Part shown: in pieces, positions 14,192-29,076 of the stretch
Numbering within the stretch: the stretch's first letter is position 1
How the letters are laid out: every line of letters begins with the position of its first letter
Source of the DNA: Octopus vulgaris
Lineage: Eukaryota
Reading direction: 5' to 3'
Length of the DNA: 64,000 nt
NCBI GenBank assembly: GCA_951406725.2
Contig: OX597822.1
Coordinates: forward strand, 105,524,001-105,588,000
Made by a program: the position numbers and the translations under genes
Notes under the pieces: model-generated
Databases searched by the model: none
What the model was told of the DNA's origin: nothing
The model's input: only the letters and a program-made list of their open reading frames with translations

Positions 14192-14281
14192 TATTATTAT
14201 TATTATATTAATATAATTCCATCTGACTGTCACTATATATGTCTGTGTGTGCGTGTGTGTATGTTGATCCATTGATTGGCT

Positions 14282-14318
<37 letters not shown>

Positions 14319-16747
14319 GTTTTTCTCTCTCTCCCTTTCTTTCTTTCTTTCTCTCTCTTTCTTTATCTTTCTTTCTCTCACTCTTTTTCTCTCTCTTTCC
14401 CTCCCCTTCTCTCTTCCTCATTCACTCTCTCAATATCTTTGCTCCTTTCTCACTCTGTCACTCCCTGAACTTTCTACCGAGTCTAAAATGACTTCTGCTC
14501 CTATAACTGTCTCGTCATGCATCACCAACCCTCACTCTCTTCTCTTCACCCATATTGTATCATTTCTCAATCCTTGTATTAATTCTCACACGTTCTTACC
14601 AGAAACATTGCCCCGTTTGAAGCTCTATTTTTCATTTTTTTTTTTGTCTCATAACCTTTGATTGCAACTATTCAAATCGAACGTTTAGCTTGTTGATTAC
14701 ACCTGCTTTCCAAAGCCTGCGAGGTTGAAGAACCGTCCAACAGACTGAACGATTTTAAAATGGCAATTAAATATATTTTCGACATATAATTAATGTATTC
14801 ACACTTGAGTTGGAATTTAAAACTTCTGTGAACTTATAGATTGGCAGTAACTTTGAAATACTAATGGCTAGTTAATTCCTATAATCGTAAATTATGTATT
14901 CAGCTAACATTTACTATTTAATATAATTACTACTCATTCTTGGCTAAGATCTTAAACGCAGGTGGCAAAGAAAGGTTGTAAATCTGAAATGATTTCATGC
15001 AAGTAAATGATAAAGAGTCAGAGAAAAACTCATTTGGGGTTTTCAAAAGCTTATTACTTCCGCCATTAAGATGCTAATTTTAACCCCTTAGTAAATTACC
15101 TTTTTTGCTCTTCAAATATCCAACTTTTCCCAATATTTCTATCATCAGTTTTATGGTATTTCATAGACAGCCACCGCAGCAAACCAAACTTCAATTACCT
15201 GCTATCAAAATGAGAATTTATCGTAAAGAATTGACCAACCGAATACACTGATTGATATAATAGCCTTTATGATAGAATGCACTCCGAACTTGCCAATATA
15301 TTTTTTTTCATTATTTATTAAAGTTCCTTTGAAATTAATCAATCAATTATTCTGCCTTACTCTATCAATATGGTAATAGGGAATCTTTATTTTCTAACTT
15401 TATTAAATCCCTTTAGCATTTTTAATTTAATTTTATTCAAGATGATTTTCATTGAAAGATGTATGGAAAATGTTGTTAATAATTATGCACTAATTATCTT
15501 CAATGGTAAAATATTGTTTAATTGAATGTTAAAGCTTAAAATGTTGTTGAGGGCGATAGTAATATGCATGCAACTTGGTTTTCTTTCCAAGATCTATTTA
15601 AGACAGATTTTACAACTGCGAAAAGGATCGTAAGTGGTTTAATAAACTTAAAATTCTACATAACTTTGTTATCATTTTATATCATCGCCACATTTCAGCA
15701 AAGAATTAAATATCAATATTTTAGATGATTTATATCAACATAGTCTATTTTCTGCTGCCGATATATGGCTTGAAACTAAAAATCTGTCCAGTAAAGATGA
15801 AATTATCAGCATTGAAAAAAAGATCTTTAATATGAACGTCTAACGCATAAATTAGAATCATGTTCGCGTGTCTATATTAAACCTCTAAAATATATTTTTT
15901 TCTAAAACGTTCTAAATTCTGAAAGGAATACTACACCACCAAAATCTCCACAAAAAACACAAACAAATATTAGATGCTATTTTTTGTATCTGGTATATCG
16001 ACTGACTCCAAAATATGCTAAAATAATCTTCACGTAATTAATTAATCGAATTAAATTTTATGTTCCAATAATGTCCAATCAATTAAAATTATTGGATTTT
16101 ATTAGTTGATATTAATAACAAGGGAAAATATTGTTCTGTCTAATTTGTAAGTCGAGTGAAGGCGATATCTTCGAATATAAATTCAAAATAGTAGTGAAAA
16201 ATCAGCATCAATTTATTGGAAATGATTCAACATCACGCCATTCTGACAAGAATGGATTCCTATAAACACGATCAACAGACAGAAATAGAAAGTTCTATTT
16301 TATTACTATTTTTTAACTTTTTTTCTGAAACATATCAGCCATTATTCTACTTAAAGTGATTCGCTTTCGAAATAGAAATTACCGACAGTAATTAACATGA
16401 TTATGTTTCAAAGTGCAAATATAAGTTATTAAAAGTTGAATGGAATCTCTTAGAATACGAAAATAATAAAAAAATTCTAATCTAGGCAAGAGGCCAAGAA
16501 TTGAGTTGACAGTTTCTTAATTTATCAACTCCGCGTTGAAGGATCAAAAGTAAATCAGTCCTCAGGGAAAACTCAATATAAATCACACAGGGACGTAACT
16601 AAATAACAACAAGGCTTCTATTTCGTTGCACTATCTTTTCTAACACCGAGACGTTTTACAAAGAGAATACAAAATAGAGCTGTGTGTGTGTGTGTGTGAG
16701 TGTTCATAAAAATATATACATACATGTAAATGAATGTATCATATATA

Positions 16748-17257
16748 TTCTTTTATGTGTTCCAGTCATTTGACTGCGGCCATACTGGAGCACTGCCTTT
16801 AGTCGAACAAATCGACCTCGGAGCTTAATTTTTGTAAGCCTAGTACTTATTTTATCCGTCTCTTTGGGCGAACCGTATATATATATATGTATATGTATAT
16901 GTACGACGAAATTCTTTCAGTTTCCGTCTAACAAGTCCACTCAGAAGGCTTTGGTTGGCCCGAGGCTTTAGTAGAAGTCACTTGCACAAGCTGCCACGCA
17001 GTGGGACTGGGCCCGCTGTACGACCCCAGTACATTTTTTAAAAGTCTGGTACTTATTGTGTCGGTTTTCTTTCAATTTCTGTCTACCAAATCTACTCACA
17101 AGTCTTTGGTCAGACCGAGAGTATGGTCAGCCCGAGAGTATGGTAAAGCCCGAGAGTATGGTAAAGTGGACAAGGTTTCACGCAGTAGCACTGAACCGCA
17201 AACCGTATGGCTGAGAAGCAAGCTTTTTACCACACAGCCACGCCTGCGCATATAGGC

Positions 17258-17318
<61 letters not shown>

Positions 17319-17586
17319 CGCAAATGTGTATATGTCTTTGTTCTTATGTTTGTCCCCATCACTGCTTAACAAATGGTGTTGGTTTGCACTAGTAACGTAG
17401 TGGTTCGGTAGATACGCGCGATATATGAATCACCAAGCCTTAAAAAGTACGCGCTAGACCATTTGGCCCCACATGGTTGCAGTTCAATTAAAATACAAAA
17501 AATATAAAATTTGTAAAAAATGTAAAATAATAAATGTAAAATATAAAAAAATATACGTATGTGTGTATTTCTGTATGCGTGTATGC

Positions 17587-17641
<55 letters not shown>

Positions 17642-18069
17642 AGAGAGAGAGAAAAGAGAGAGAGAGAGAGAGAAGGAGAGACAGATCACAGAGAAAGAAA
17701 GAGAAATGTGTCTGCATCTATAGATCTATACAAATTAATTTCTTTGGCGGTAAATTAAAGCTATAATTTTTATGGTGAATGGTTACTAGCTTTATATTTC
17801 AGCATTATGTAACTAGTGCTATTTTAGCGTATTTGCCAATACCTGACAATAATTTACATATTTATTTGTTTATTGGCTTCAGTCATCAGACTGCGGGCAG
17901 GCTGGGGCACCGCTTTGAAGGGTTTGGGTCAAATAAATCGACCTCAGTTCTTCATTTCTGAAAAGAGCTTGGTACTTATTCTATCGTTTCTTTTCTAGAG
18001 CCGCTAAGTTATGTGGATGTTACCAAATCAAAGCCGGTTGTCACGTGGTGGTGAAGAAAAAACAATCTC

Positions 18070-18070
<1 letters not shown>
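16748..18070. mobile_element. Cluster of group B SINE pieces (minus ~16748-17010, ~17068-17248, ~17865-18070; plus 3' half ~17340-17510)
   Basis: CAGTCATTTGACTGCGGCCATACTGGAGCAC, TTTCCGTCTAACAAGTCCACTCAGAAGGCT and other segments match the 13.7-kb copy. Confidence 0.8.
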
Positions 18071-18114
<44 letters not shown>

Positions 18115-18275
18115 GTGTGTGTGTGTGTGTGTAAACATACAAACTTACATACATACAGTCTGCAGAATCTTATGTTATATATTTATAAGATATATATGCA
18201 CATGCATATGTCTAATAACATAGACATATATATGCCATTCTGAATGGTGTATATATGCGAGTGCTTGTATATATG

Positions 18276-18309
<34 letters not shown>

Positions 18310-18897
18310 TGTATGTATGTATGTATGTATGTATGTATGTATGTATGTATGTATGTATGTATGAAGGAGATATATTTCGGAGTTTACAAAGAATTTGAGA
18401 TGAACTCACCTGTTTTACCATTTTTTTTGTTTCCTTCTGTGTATATATATATACCACCAAATATGACCTTTTTGAACTTATAATTTTCTGTGTATATATA
18501 TATACAGATACTTCCGAACAAACATGATTTTTAATGAAATCCTAATATTTTTAATGAACTTCTTAATATTTTCTCAAGATTTTTCCTTGTAAACTGTTTT
18601 AATATTTTTCTTATTATTATCAAAGAATGTATATATGTATTTTAATACTCTTGTGACAACCAGTACTTAACACAAAAAAGTTTATAACAGAGCTTTACAT
18701 TTTACTTTTGACAATCTTTTTCTAAAAAAATGAAACCGGTCAAGTGAATAAACATCTTTAAAATTGCATTTTCAAACCGTCTTTCATAGATATATATATA
18801 TGTGTGTGTGTGTGTGTGAGTGTGTGTGTGCGTGTATAAACATGGATATATGCATGGATGCACACTCACACATTCCTATCTCTGTATCTAGCTACAT

Positions 18898-21376
18898 TAG
18901 AATGTCCCTTATTTTTCAAATTTCTAAAAGTTTAGCTCCTACCCCACTGACTATTTCCAATTAGCAAACAAAAACAAAAAAAAAAAAACATTCTATGCGA
19001 AACTTTAGCTGAATCGAACAGTTAAAAGCGACCCTCATTGACCATGGAAAGTTCGAAGTTTTCGCCCGGAAAGTCATTTTTCAGTTAACAAGTTTTTATC
19101 TCTAATACAATTTTATCTTAAATTAAAAAACTTGTTCTGACTCATTCTTGATAACTGAGGGATAAGTGACAATAAATATAATGGGGAAAGCAACTTGCAA
19201 AACTGGGAACAGAGCGCGAATATAGGGTCAGACATCTATTTTTCACTGTCATCCAGTCGGCGGCCTGCCGTAAGCGAGTGAGTTTGGGAGTTGTGTTCAT
19301 CCGACGAATGAATTGTACTGCACCTAATGGTAGTGATAAACTGAACTAATATAACTCGTCCGCGTTTGTAAATATAAGTTAATTAATTTGTAATAACATA
19401 TAAGCACTCATTCATTTTGATGTGGCGCATTATGATATAGATCTTCCCCTGTTGTGTTGGTAGCCCTGACAATGTTGTAATACCATGTTTATATCCTCCT
19501 CGTTTTTATATTATGTGCTTTGTATACTTGTTTAGAGAAGCGAGACAGCACAAATTTAATCTAAACGACTGTCAAGATTTAGTGTTGAACTGGGATGGAG
19601 AGCTGCTCCCAGAAATCACAGGCTTTGAAAAGGTTTATAGACTGGCAATAATAGTAATTTTTCAAGGCAGGGAGCAATTATTGGGACTCCCTGAAATTCC
19701 AACATCTTCAGGAGAACAGCAAAGTATGGCTGTTTACCAAGCAGTGGAGAAGTAGGGTATAACTACTATATAGGGTATAACTACTATATCACTTAGCTGT
19801 GATACAAAAGAAAGCAACACAAGTCGAGTGAATGGTGACAGTACAAATACAGAAAAGCTGTACAATCGCGATCTGTTGTACTTCCCTTGCGGTCATCACA
19901 TTTTTAGTTAGTTTTTAGGAGCTGTTTTGACTCACGGCTTCTGGTCCACACATGGCGTTTTACAAAAGATTTAGAGAAACATGGACGAAACTCAACAAGA
20001 ATGTTTACATAACTAATAGCAATGAAGTGCCTGTTGATGTCAGCTCTACCATTATTGGATTTATTGAATACCACCTTTCTACACAGAAAGAACATCGATA
20101 TGATTACTGAGAATTGGCGAAAATCTTTCTTGGCGGCATTCCGAATTAACGAAAATCTTTCTTGGCGGCATTCCGAAGAACGGGATATCGTTTCGTAAAC
20201 TGTAAGTCATGCTAGATGAATGTCAAAAGCAATTTATGCATTCAAGATATACCTGTTTCAAGATCAGTTTCAGTTATCTCCTGGAGAGAACTCTTTAAGA
20301 AGAATATGTATTTTTCTTGCTCAATTGTATGTTCGAGCCTTATTTCTATTAAAGCACCTTTTGATTTTCTATTCATGCGTCAATTGATAAATTATGTGGA
20401 TATTGACCCATTAATCAGTAACGCTGCTGGTGCCAAAACATTTTCCATCCATCTCTGATAATTAGCTCCCGAAACTGTGACTCTATCCATATTTGATGAC
20501 AATGTTCCAACAGAGGTGAAGGCAAATATTGCTCAAGCAGTCAAGGTGCAGATAAGGAAGACAAAAAATCAACTGAAGAGATACATTCTGCACCAAAATG
20601 ACTTTCTTCTTTTACAATCCTCGAGTTTTCGTCTTTTATAATTCCTGATACAAAGACTTTCTTCACGAGATTTTCTATCAGCACCGATTTCCTCGCAAAA
20701 GACCCTTCAACATCGAAGGATGATCCTAGTTATAAAAGTGGACTTGAAAAACTTGAGATGACAGTTGTTGTGAAATGTGTTGGAGAAGAAGGTGTCAAAC
20801 TCATTCTGATTACAATACCATTCTCAGAAAAGATGAAACTGAGAAACAATTTGCTTCACAGATCGTTACCGAAAACCGTAAAACATACCCAACTGCCATT
20901 AATTCCTCTCTTATGCAAAAATAATGTTCAATATTCAGCGTTCAGTGTTCACATTATGTTTTCGGTTCTATAGAAATTATTGTTGTAAATAAGAATGGGT
21001 CTATCTTGTGGAAGCTGTGTGCGTTATTAAGAAAACCTGATATTCCTTAAGTTTTTCATCTTATTTCAGGATTCTTTTCAAATTAGTTATTGGTAAATTT
21101 AATTCTGTTGGGGTTGCCTGAATGTGTCCTCATGAATTTCTCTAAGAATAAAAAATGAAAAGGGTCGAGAAAGCGAACAGTATACCGCTTTTGAACATAA
21201 TTAATCGTTGCGTATACTATGTTCCAACTTCAGGGCGATGGAAGATCGCCTAGCAGTTGTCTGATTGAGCTGAAATTTGGCACACAACGTTGTTATGTTT
21301 ATTAAAACAGGATTAGAGGGTGGGTCCAGCAAAGTTGTAACTTTCGAAAAAACATCTATTGCTAATGGCCACTCTG
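18898..21376 (+). mobile_element. hAT-superfamily (hATm-like) DNA transposon with pseudogenised transposase (~19560-20900)
   Basis: 8-bp TSD AGCTACAT (18890-97)/AGCTATAT (21377-84); degenerate TIRs TAGAATGTCCCTT vs CAGAGTGGCCATT; inverted subterminal motifs; peptide LNWDGELLPEITGFEKVYRLAI...EQLLGLP...CDTKESNT...DLLYFPCGHHIF (HWDGK, DTTxxNT and CxxH motifs). Confidence 0.85.
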
Positions 21377-21393
21377 AGCTATATATGTATATA

Positions 21394-21485
<92 letters not shown>

Positions 21486-21554
21486 TATATGTGTGTATGT
21501 GTGTGTGTATACACGTTTTCAGAGTTTTGCATCTATCTTTAGCAGCTGAAAGAT

Positions 21555-21738
21555 AATCATTTCTACCGTACGCACAAGGCCTGAAATTTTGGGGGAGGGG
21601 GTTGGCCGATTTCATCGACCCTAGTACTCAGATGTTACTTATTTTACTGACCCCAAAAGGATGAAAGGCAAAGTCGACCTCGACGGAATTTGAACTCAGA
21701 ACGTAATGTGCTAAAGATTCTGCGAGCTCGCCGCCTTT
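21555..21738 (-). mobile_element. SINE group A with internal head deletion
   Basis: AAAGGATGAAAGGCAAAGTCGACCTCGACGGAATTTGAACTCAGAACG...GAGCTCGCCGCCTT. Confidence 0.85.
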
Positions 21739-22097
21739 AGCAAATGAAAGTCGATGAAAGCTAATTAAAAATGCAAGTTTGAAAACCTTTATGCAATTTT
21801 ATTCGTTATCATACAATATTTTCCCTTAGCATCAATAATGAGAAGAAAAATTAAATATAAAACTAACTCTGTAAAAAGAACTATCGTATGGCATGCGTAA
21901 TAACACAAAGGGTAAGCAATAACGTTCATACTTGCTGATAACTGCTGAATGCTAATAAATGCTGGAAAGGTGAATGACATAGTGATCGTCAACATATGGT
22001 GGTTATATGTATGTAATAAATAGAAGTACCAAAACGCACAAAATCAAGTTATACACACAACCACCCACATAGATCTATGATAATAATAATAATAATG

Positions 22098-22150
<53 letters not shown>

Positions 22151-22151
<1 letters not shown>

Positions 22152-22277
22152 TCCTACGCAGAACACTTTCCATACAATAACCATCAGAGCATCACAACAA
22201 ATCACAGCACATACCCAAGGCACACAGAGCAGCGCTCGGTAGTGAAGTGAAAGCACGCTATAAAAATAAAACTACTG
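22151..22277 (+). mobile_element. Dong/R4-like LINE extreme 3' end inserted in (AAT)n
   Basis: Begins ILRRTLSIQ* (restriction-like-endonuclease LINE C-terminus ILRxxL), then 3'UTR ending AAAACTACTG-(AAT)n; the same 3' tip recurs at 31915-31951. Confidence 0.7.
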
Positions 22278-22297
22278 AATAATAATACTACTACTAC

Positions 22298-22337
<40 letters not shown>

Positions 22338-22908
22338 CCTTTCTACAGGAGACACATGGCCGCAAATTTGGGGGAAGGGATTAAGTCTATTACATCGACC
22401 CCAGTGCGCAACTGGTATTTAATTTATCAACCCCGAAAGTGGGATGTTTATTCCTTATCTCCAGTAAGAAGGATGAGTGAGTCATTATTAATATTATTAT
22501 TATTATTATTATGTGTATGTGTGTGTGTGTTTGTGTGTATGTGTGTTTGTGTGTGTGTGTGTGTTTGTGTATTTAACTTTCTTGTTTGGTTCTTGTTTTA
22601 CACATATTTCTCTGATTATGTAACTTGAAAGGCATTATTATCATCATTGGTCCCACTCTCTGTGAAATTTCTGTTAATAAGAATCAAACTAGCTTTCACA
22701 TCACATATAGCCGGTGATCTTTTATACATCTTCCAAACCAAAATTACACAATGACGCATGCAACGACACGAACTTAACAAATTAGAAATCTCGAACACAG
22801 AATGTCAAATTTCAGCAAGACCCTTAGTATTTCTACTCCATGTCTTCATAATCATCATTCATTTTGGCACTAGTTTCTTCCTTTCTCCTCATATACGTAG
22901 AATACATA

Positions 22909-24037
22909 CGAAGTGCATTCCACAAGTTTTGAAATATTTTTAGGAGAGGCAATTATAAACTGTCCTAAATCATTGTAATTTTAGTATCTCATTACAATAC
23001 ATCTGATTAGCTAAAATGCTGATTCTTGTTACTCCAGATCGAAGTATACAACTGTAACAGATCTTTGCACACAGTCTTTCCTGTTACAGCTGACTAGTTT
23101 GAAGAATGCAGGAGGGACGAGACGACAATTTGACAACTTGCTAGGCAATAAAAGTTTATGTTAAACGGGGCAAAAACGTTAGAGAAACTGATGAAATGCC
23201 CTAGACTGCTTATGCATTTAATTTCTATGAGCAGAGCATGTTTCTCGCTAGCACAAATGGCCGGGCAAAGCAAGTGCACCGGGGAGCTCATGATGATCCT
23301 CTTTTTCCACAGCATCATCAACATCCACTGAGTTCCTTCTAAACAACAAAAAGTACTTTGTGGTGGTTTTGTAGAAGTTCTGGTACGGGTTTCGTAGTAA
23401 AATGACAGAGCACTTGGATTAGGGCAATCCACCATTCCGCAATTTCATCCTGGTTACCAACTACCCGACAGAGATAGGAGTCAACACTGTCACTCAGCCT
23501 CCCTACAGGCCAGACCTTGTTCCTTTGTGACTTTTGGTTATTAACCTCAAGCTGAAGGAGAAGTTGAAAGTGACCGTGACAAGGGACCTGAACACCTTTA
23601 TTTCCTTCTAAACAACAAAAAGTACTTTGTGGTGGTTTTGTAGAAGTTCTGGTACGGGTTTCGTAGTAAAATGACAGAGCACTTGGATTAGGGCAATCCA
23701 CCATTCCACAATTTCATCCTGGTTACCAACTACCTGACAGAGATAAGAGTCAACACTGTCACTCAGCCTCCCTACAGGCCAGACCTTGTTCCTTTGTGAC
23801 TTTTGGTTATTAACCTCAAGCTGAAGGAGAAGTTGAAAGTGGCCGTGACAAGGGACCTGAACACCTTTATTTTGGAGGACGTCGTTGGGGGTCTTCACGA
23901 AGTGACGCTGGACGCTATAACAGAGGCACTGAAGTCAGAGTATCCTAATTTGAAGTAGATTAAAATTTTGTATTTCTTTAAAAATTAATAAAAATCTCTT
24001 CTAAAAAAAATGCTCTAAAATTCTTGAATGCATCTTG
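22909..24037 (+). mobile_element. Degenerate, internally deleted mariner element with a 269-bp tandem duplication
   Basis: TA-CGAAGTGCATTCCACAAGTTTT / AAAATTCTTGAATGCATCTTG-CA TIRs; VTQPPYRPDL.P-CDFWL..KLKEKLK matches HPPYSPDLAPCDFWLFPKLK, present twice. Confidence 0.85.
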
Positions 24038-24454
24038 CATTGAAATAATCTCCATAAGTAACATCGAATCTTTCCCCTAAATATTTGGCCTGTTTCTTTT
24101 TCTTTCGAATATTGTATCTAACACAGATATTCGGTTTTGCTTTATAACCATCAAGATGATCAGACACGAAAACAAAATATCCTGCCAGGTATATGATTTG
24201 TAATTAAGAATAATTGGCTGTTATCGTTCGCCAATTCTATAACACCTCTTACAATTTGTTCTATGGTTCGTTTATAAATCATTCACAATCACCTACATAC
24301 ATCATTAAGTCCTTGAATTAAGTCGTTAGGAGGTCGCGTAAAATGCCCTGCAGTTGTTGAGGCGACTCTCTTTACTCTGAGTTCAAATTCTGCAGTACTC
24401 AGCATTATCTTTTATTATTCCGGAATTGATAAATAGAAAACTAGTCGATTAACT

Positions 24455-24472
24455 TCTTCCTCTTCCTCCTCT

Positions 24473-24564
<92 letters not shown>

Positions 24565-24925
24565 TCTTTCTTCTTCTTTTTCTTCTTCTTCTTCTTCTTC
24601 TACTTTTTCCTCTTCTTCTTCTTCTTCTTCTTCTTCTTCTTTATTCCCCTTCTACTTCTTCCTTTTTCTCTTTCTTCTTCTTCTTCACTGTCGTCTTCGT
24701 TGTCGTCTCTTTCTTCATTCCCCTTCGCCTCCTTCTTCCCCTTCTTCTGCATGTTATCTTATTCTGATCTTACTCTTTTTTTTTTCTTCATTACTTTCTT
24801 TCAATTCTTCTTTTACTTCTTCCAATTCTGTTTATTCTTAATTCTCTCGCCCCTCTTACTCACTCTTTCTCTCAATCTCTCTCTCTCTCTCTCTCTTTCA
24901 CTCCCTCTCTTTCTCTCTCACTCTC
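24455..24925. repeat. Compound pyrimidine-rich microsatellite (CTT)n/(TAT)n/(CT)n
   Basis: Directly visible. Confidence 0.95.
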
Positions 24926-25471
24926 TGATTAGTCCTAACGCGGATTTGGTCGTAGTAGGTTTAGACTCCTAATACACATTGCATTCCACAACGACAACAC
25001 TGTAAGAACCCCATCAGAAATTGTGGACTCATGGAAGATAGGACATATGTCAGTAGTATTCGATCTTCTCGTCTGGATAAAGCTTATCGCCACTACAAAA
25101 ATCAATAATAAAAATAACAATAAAACAATATTAACAACACAACACAGTAAAATCGATTACAAACTCTGTTAAAGTTGCATTTAGACTCCTAGTCATACTG
25201 CAAGAAATAATATCCAAAATGAATCTGTAATTACGAGACAGGGTGGCCATAGTTGGAACGAATTTGATCATAGGTCTTTCCGATCAAAGCTTGCTTGGTA
25301 GTAACAACAACCTCATGTATAACTACAAAAACAACCCAAAAATTATCAACAATAACTGTAATTGAGGTATATATACTTTTATTCATATTTACACAGGAGT
25401 TGATAAGGACAAGAAATTACCTATCGTAAACATTAATATCAATTTCCTTTCCTTGCTTAGGAGAAGTTGTA

Positions 25472-25540
<69 letters not shown>

Positions 25541-25864
25541 GTAAGTGCTTTAATAAGAATGCACAAAATATTATACACACAAATACAAGCAAGATATATG
25601 GTTGCGTATATGACTGTGTTTGTGTGAGCGCGTTTAAATGTGTTTCTGTGTGCAATGAGCAAAGCTTGTAATTCTTTCGTTTGTTAAAGGATGTTTCTCT
25701 AAATTGTTACCAGGAGGTCTTATCAATTTTAATTTTCCTAGTATATCAGAATTTCTATGAAAAAATAATTTCAAGAATTTTTAAGTTGCATTATATTTCT
25801 CAGGGGAAATTTAAGAGCTATAAGACACGATGACAATATTTATATATCTACATATTACTGTTTT

Positions 25865-25952
<88 letters not shown>

Positions 25953-26225
25953 TGGATATATGTATATATATCTAGATAAATATATACATATACATACATG
26001 CATGTGTATGTGTGTGCGTGTGTGTATATATTGTGTGCATTATTTTATGTGTGTATTTGTGTGTGTGTGTGTGGTCGTATTTAATATACATTGTAATGTA
26101 TCTCATAGAATTATTGGAATCTGAATAAAACTAATGATAGATCATATATTTTTTTGCCTATTAGAAGTTAGCAAATTGTTGATAGTAGAAATTAACTGAT
26201 GCTTCCGAGATTCTATGAAAACCAT

Positions 26226-26307
<82 letters not shown>

Positions 26308-26644
26308 CATGTACATATATATAGAGAGACACACATTGTTTTCCATTGAAAATATATTAGAGGCTGCGTGAGTTAAGTTTAAATTTATTTCTTCAGCTAT
26401 TTAAATAGCTTTTGGAATAGTACGAAAGATTTCGAAATGAAAAAGAGGTTTCTGAACAAATAAACTTCCTCTTCCACATACATGCCATCAGCTCTCATCC
26501 CCTCCATATACTTACACACATAAATATACATACGTGTGTCTATATGTAGGAGTTTGAGGTTCTCATTGTACACATGCCTCTGTCTGTTTCTATGGGTATT
26601 TGTGTGAATATACGGAGAGAAATATATATATGTACATATATAGC

Positions 26645-26966
<322 letters not shown>

Positions 26967-27194
26967 TTGGTATATAAATTTGAATATGTATATAAGCACA
27001 TTACATATGTCTATATCTAAGTACACAGCAGATATATTGAAAGATTACTAGAGAGATACACAAATATATTTCAGGTCCAATTTTTTCCAGTCATTAAATC
27101 ACAAAGGCATTAATTAGTAGCACCAGTTACCTGTTGATGTTATCTACCTGTCAGCGATAAAATATCTACTATGCGCACCTATCCCCGTCTCTCT

Positions 27195-27242
<48 letters not shown>

Positions 27243-27285
27243 TTACATTTACATAACTATATACATATATATGTATACAAGTACG

Positions 27286-27320
<35 letters not shown>

Positions 27321-27612
27321 TTTTTTTTTTATATGCATTTACATACATACAGCAGAAATGGAAATTTATTCAAGAGTAATTGATTTATCAGTGATTTGAA
27401 TACTGTAAAATGACACCAGATAATATATATTTATGTGATGATATCCAACGCTAATATCATGAAATCATTAATGTTGTTTTACACATTCATATATAATTAG
27501 TTTTGAAATTCTCAATATATATGTGCCTGATGAAGCAAATGTATGTTTAATAGTTAAAATTTCGTTTGGAACATCTTCAGGCGATAGTTAAGAAAGAACA
27601 ACAGCGTCTTAC

Positions 27613-27664
27613 TATAGTTGAAGACAGTGATATATCTTAAGAACGCTGAAATAGCCGTATTATA
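27613..27664 (+). ncRNA. Degenerate minimal hammerhead-like motif
   Basis: tatag TTGAAGA c agtg...cgct GAAAT AGCC GTA ttata; stems I and II pair; three substitutions from CTGAAGA...GAAACAGCTGTA. Confidence 0.45.
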
Positions 27665-27815
27665 CTTCTGGTGTGTCTTATATATTGTATTTTTATGAGT
27701 AAGTCAGAAAATTTATCCTTTTGTATGTATGTATGTATGTATGTATGTATGTATGTATGTATGTATGTATGTATGTATGCATGTTTGTATGTATGTATGC
27801 ACGCACATATGTGTA

Positions 27816-27852
<37 letters not shown>

Positions 27853-27948
27853 AATATTAATAATAATAATAATATAATAATATTAATAATAATAATAATG
27901 ATAATAATATTAATAATAATAATGATAATAATATTAATAATAATAATG

Positions 27949-28054
<106 letters not shown>

Positions 28055-28293
28055 CAATAATAATATTCAATCCAAGGAAAATACAACTTCCTTCAAAAGA
28101 ATGGAAAACATTAATTTTTCACTGGTTCTTCAGTAAAAAAACACAATGTAGTCGAGAATAAATCCGAACTTAAAATGGTATAATTACAATATATAAATAT
28201 TAAAGGAAATAGAGAAATAGAATTGATATATTATAATTTTATTAACATTATACTATATTATACTATAAAAAGATATAATACAATATAGTATAA

Positions 28294-29076
28294 CACTGGC
28301 CAAAAATTCTAACTTTTTTCTGCTGACCTGTTGTGGGGTAATTTGATGTCACTGAGTTTTAAAATAGCAATATGTTTTTTTCCCTATCACGTCTAGTTTT
28401 TTTCTATGGGCTGGCGTGTATTGGTCCCACCCTTAGCTCAACGTTTGAACTGTTTGAATTCCTCTGACTCTTTACAGTCCCAAATAAAAGAATGAACGTT
28501 AGTGACATTGTGAAAAGATTCTACTTAGCTTACTTTAAGATTAAGGTTGGTGATCAGTATAAATCGTGGGCCCGCACAATGTATGTCAACCGTATGTCGA
28601 GAATCTACGCCAATGGACAAAGGACACAAAGAAACAACTAACATTTGATATTCCTATATCATGTAAACGATTGCTACTTTTGTCTCACAATGTCTTCTGA
28701 CTATAGCAAGATAATCTGACAGAAAATAAGTTACGCAAATCTGGATTCAGCAATTCATCCAGTGTTTCACTCAGATGAATTATCAGAACCCGTTTTCAAG
28801 GATCTACCTTCACTGCAAGATGAAAGTGATGATATATGGGAAGTAGATGTAAATGATGAACATGGCAGTGATACAGACATTGTAGAAACATCGACCAAAG
28901 AATGTGAAAACTTCAACCAGGCAGAATTTGAGGATTTAGTCAGAGACCTAAGACTGTCAAAAGAGTTATCTGAACTGTTAGTTTCTAGACTTAAAGAGAA
29001 AAACTCGTTGCAGAAAGAAACAATCGTTGCTATTTATCAGTTGGAAAAAAAAACTTTGAAAGCGACGAAAGTGTAA
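28294..29076 (+). mobile_element. Chapaev3-like (CMC) DNA transposon, left end plus degenerate N-terminal transposase
   Basis: TAA-CACTGGCCAAAAA terminus; YLAYFKIKVGDQYKSWA(P)HNVC...LRQW, DCYFCL, FNQAEFEDLVRDLRLSKELSELLVSRLKEKN. Confidence 0.8.

Noticed and set aside
24935-25120. Signal-peptide-like 61-aa ORF
   Set aside because: TTG start; hydrophobic run derives from a T-rich low-complexity tract.
26128-26175. CTAATGA-TAG...CTA-TTAGAAG hammerhead-like
   Set aside because: Several core mismatches.
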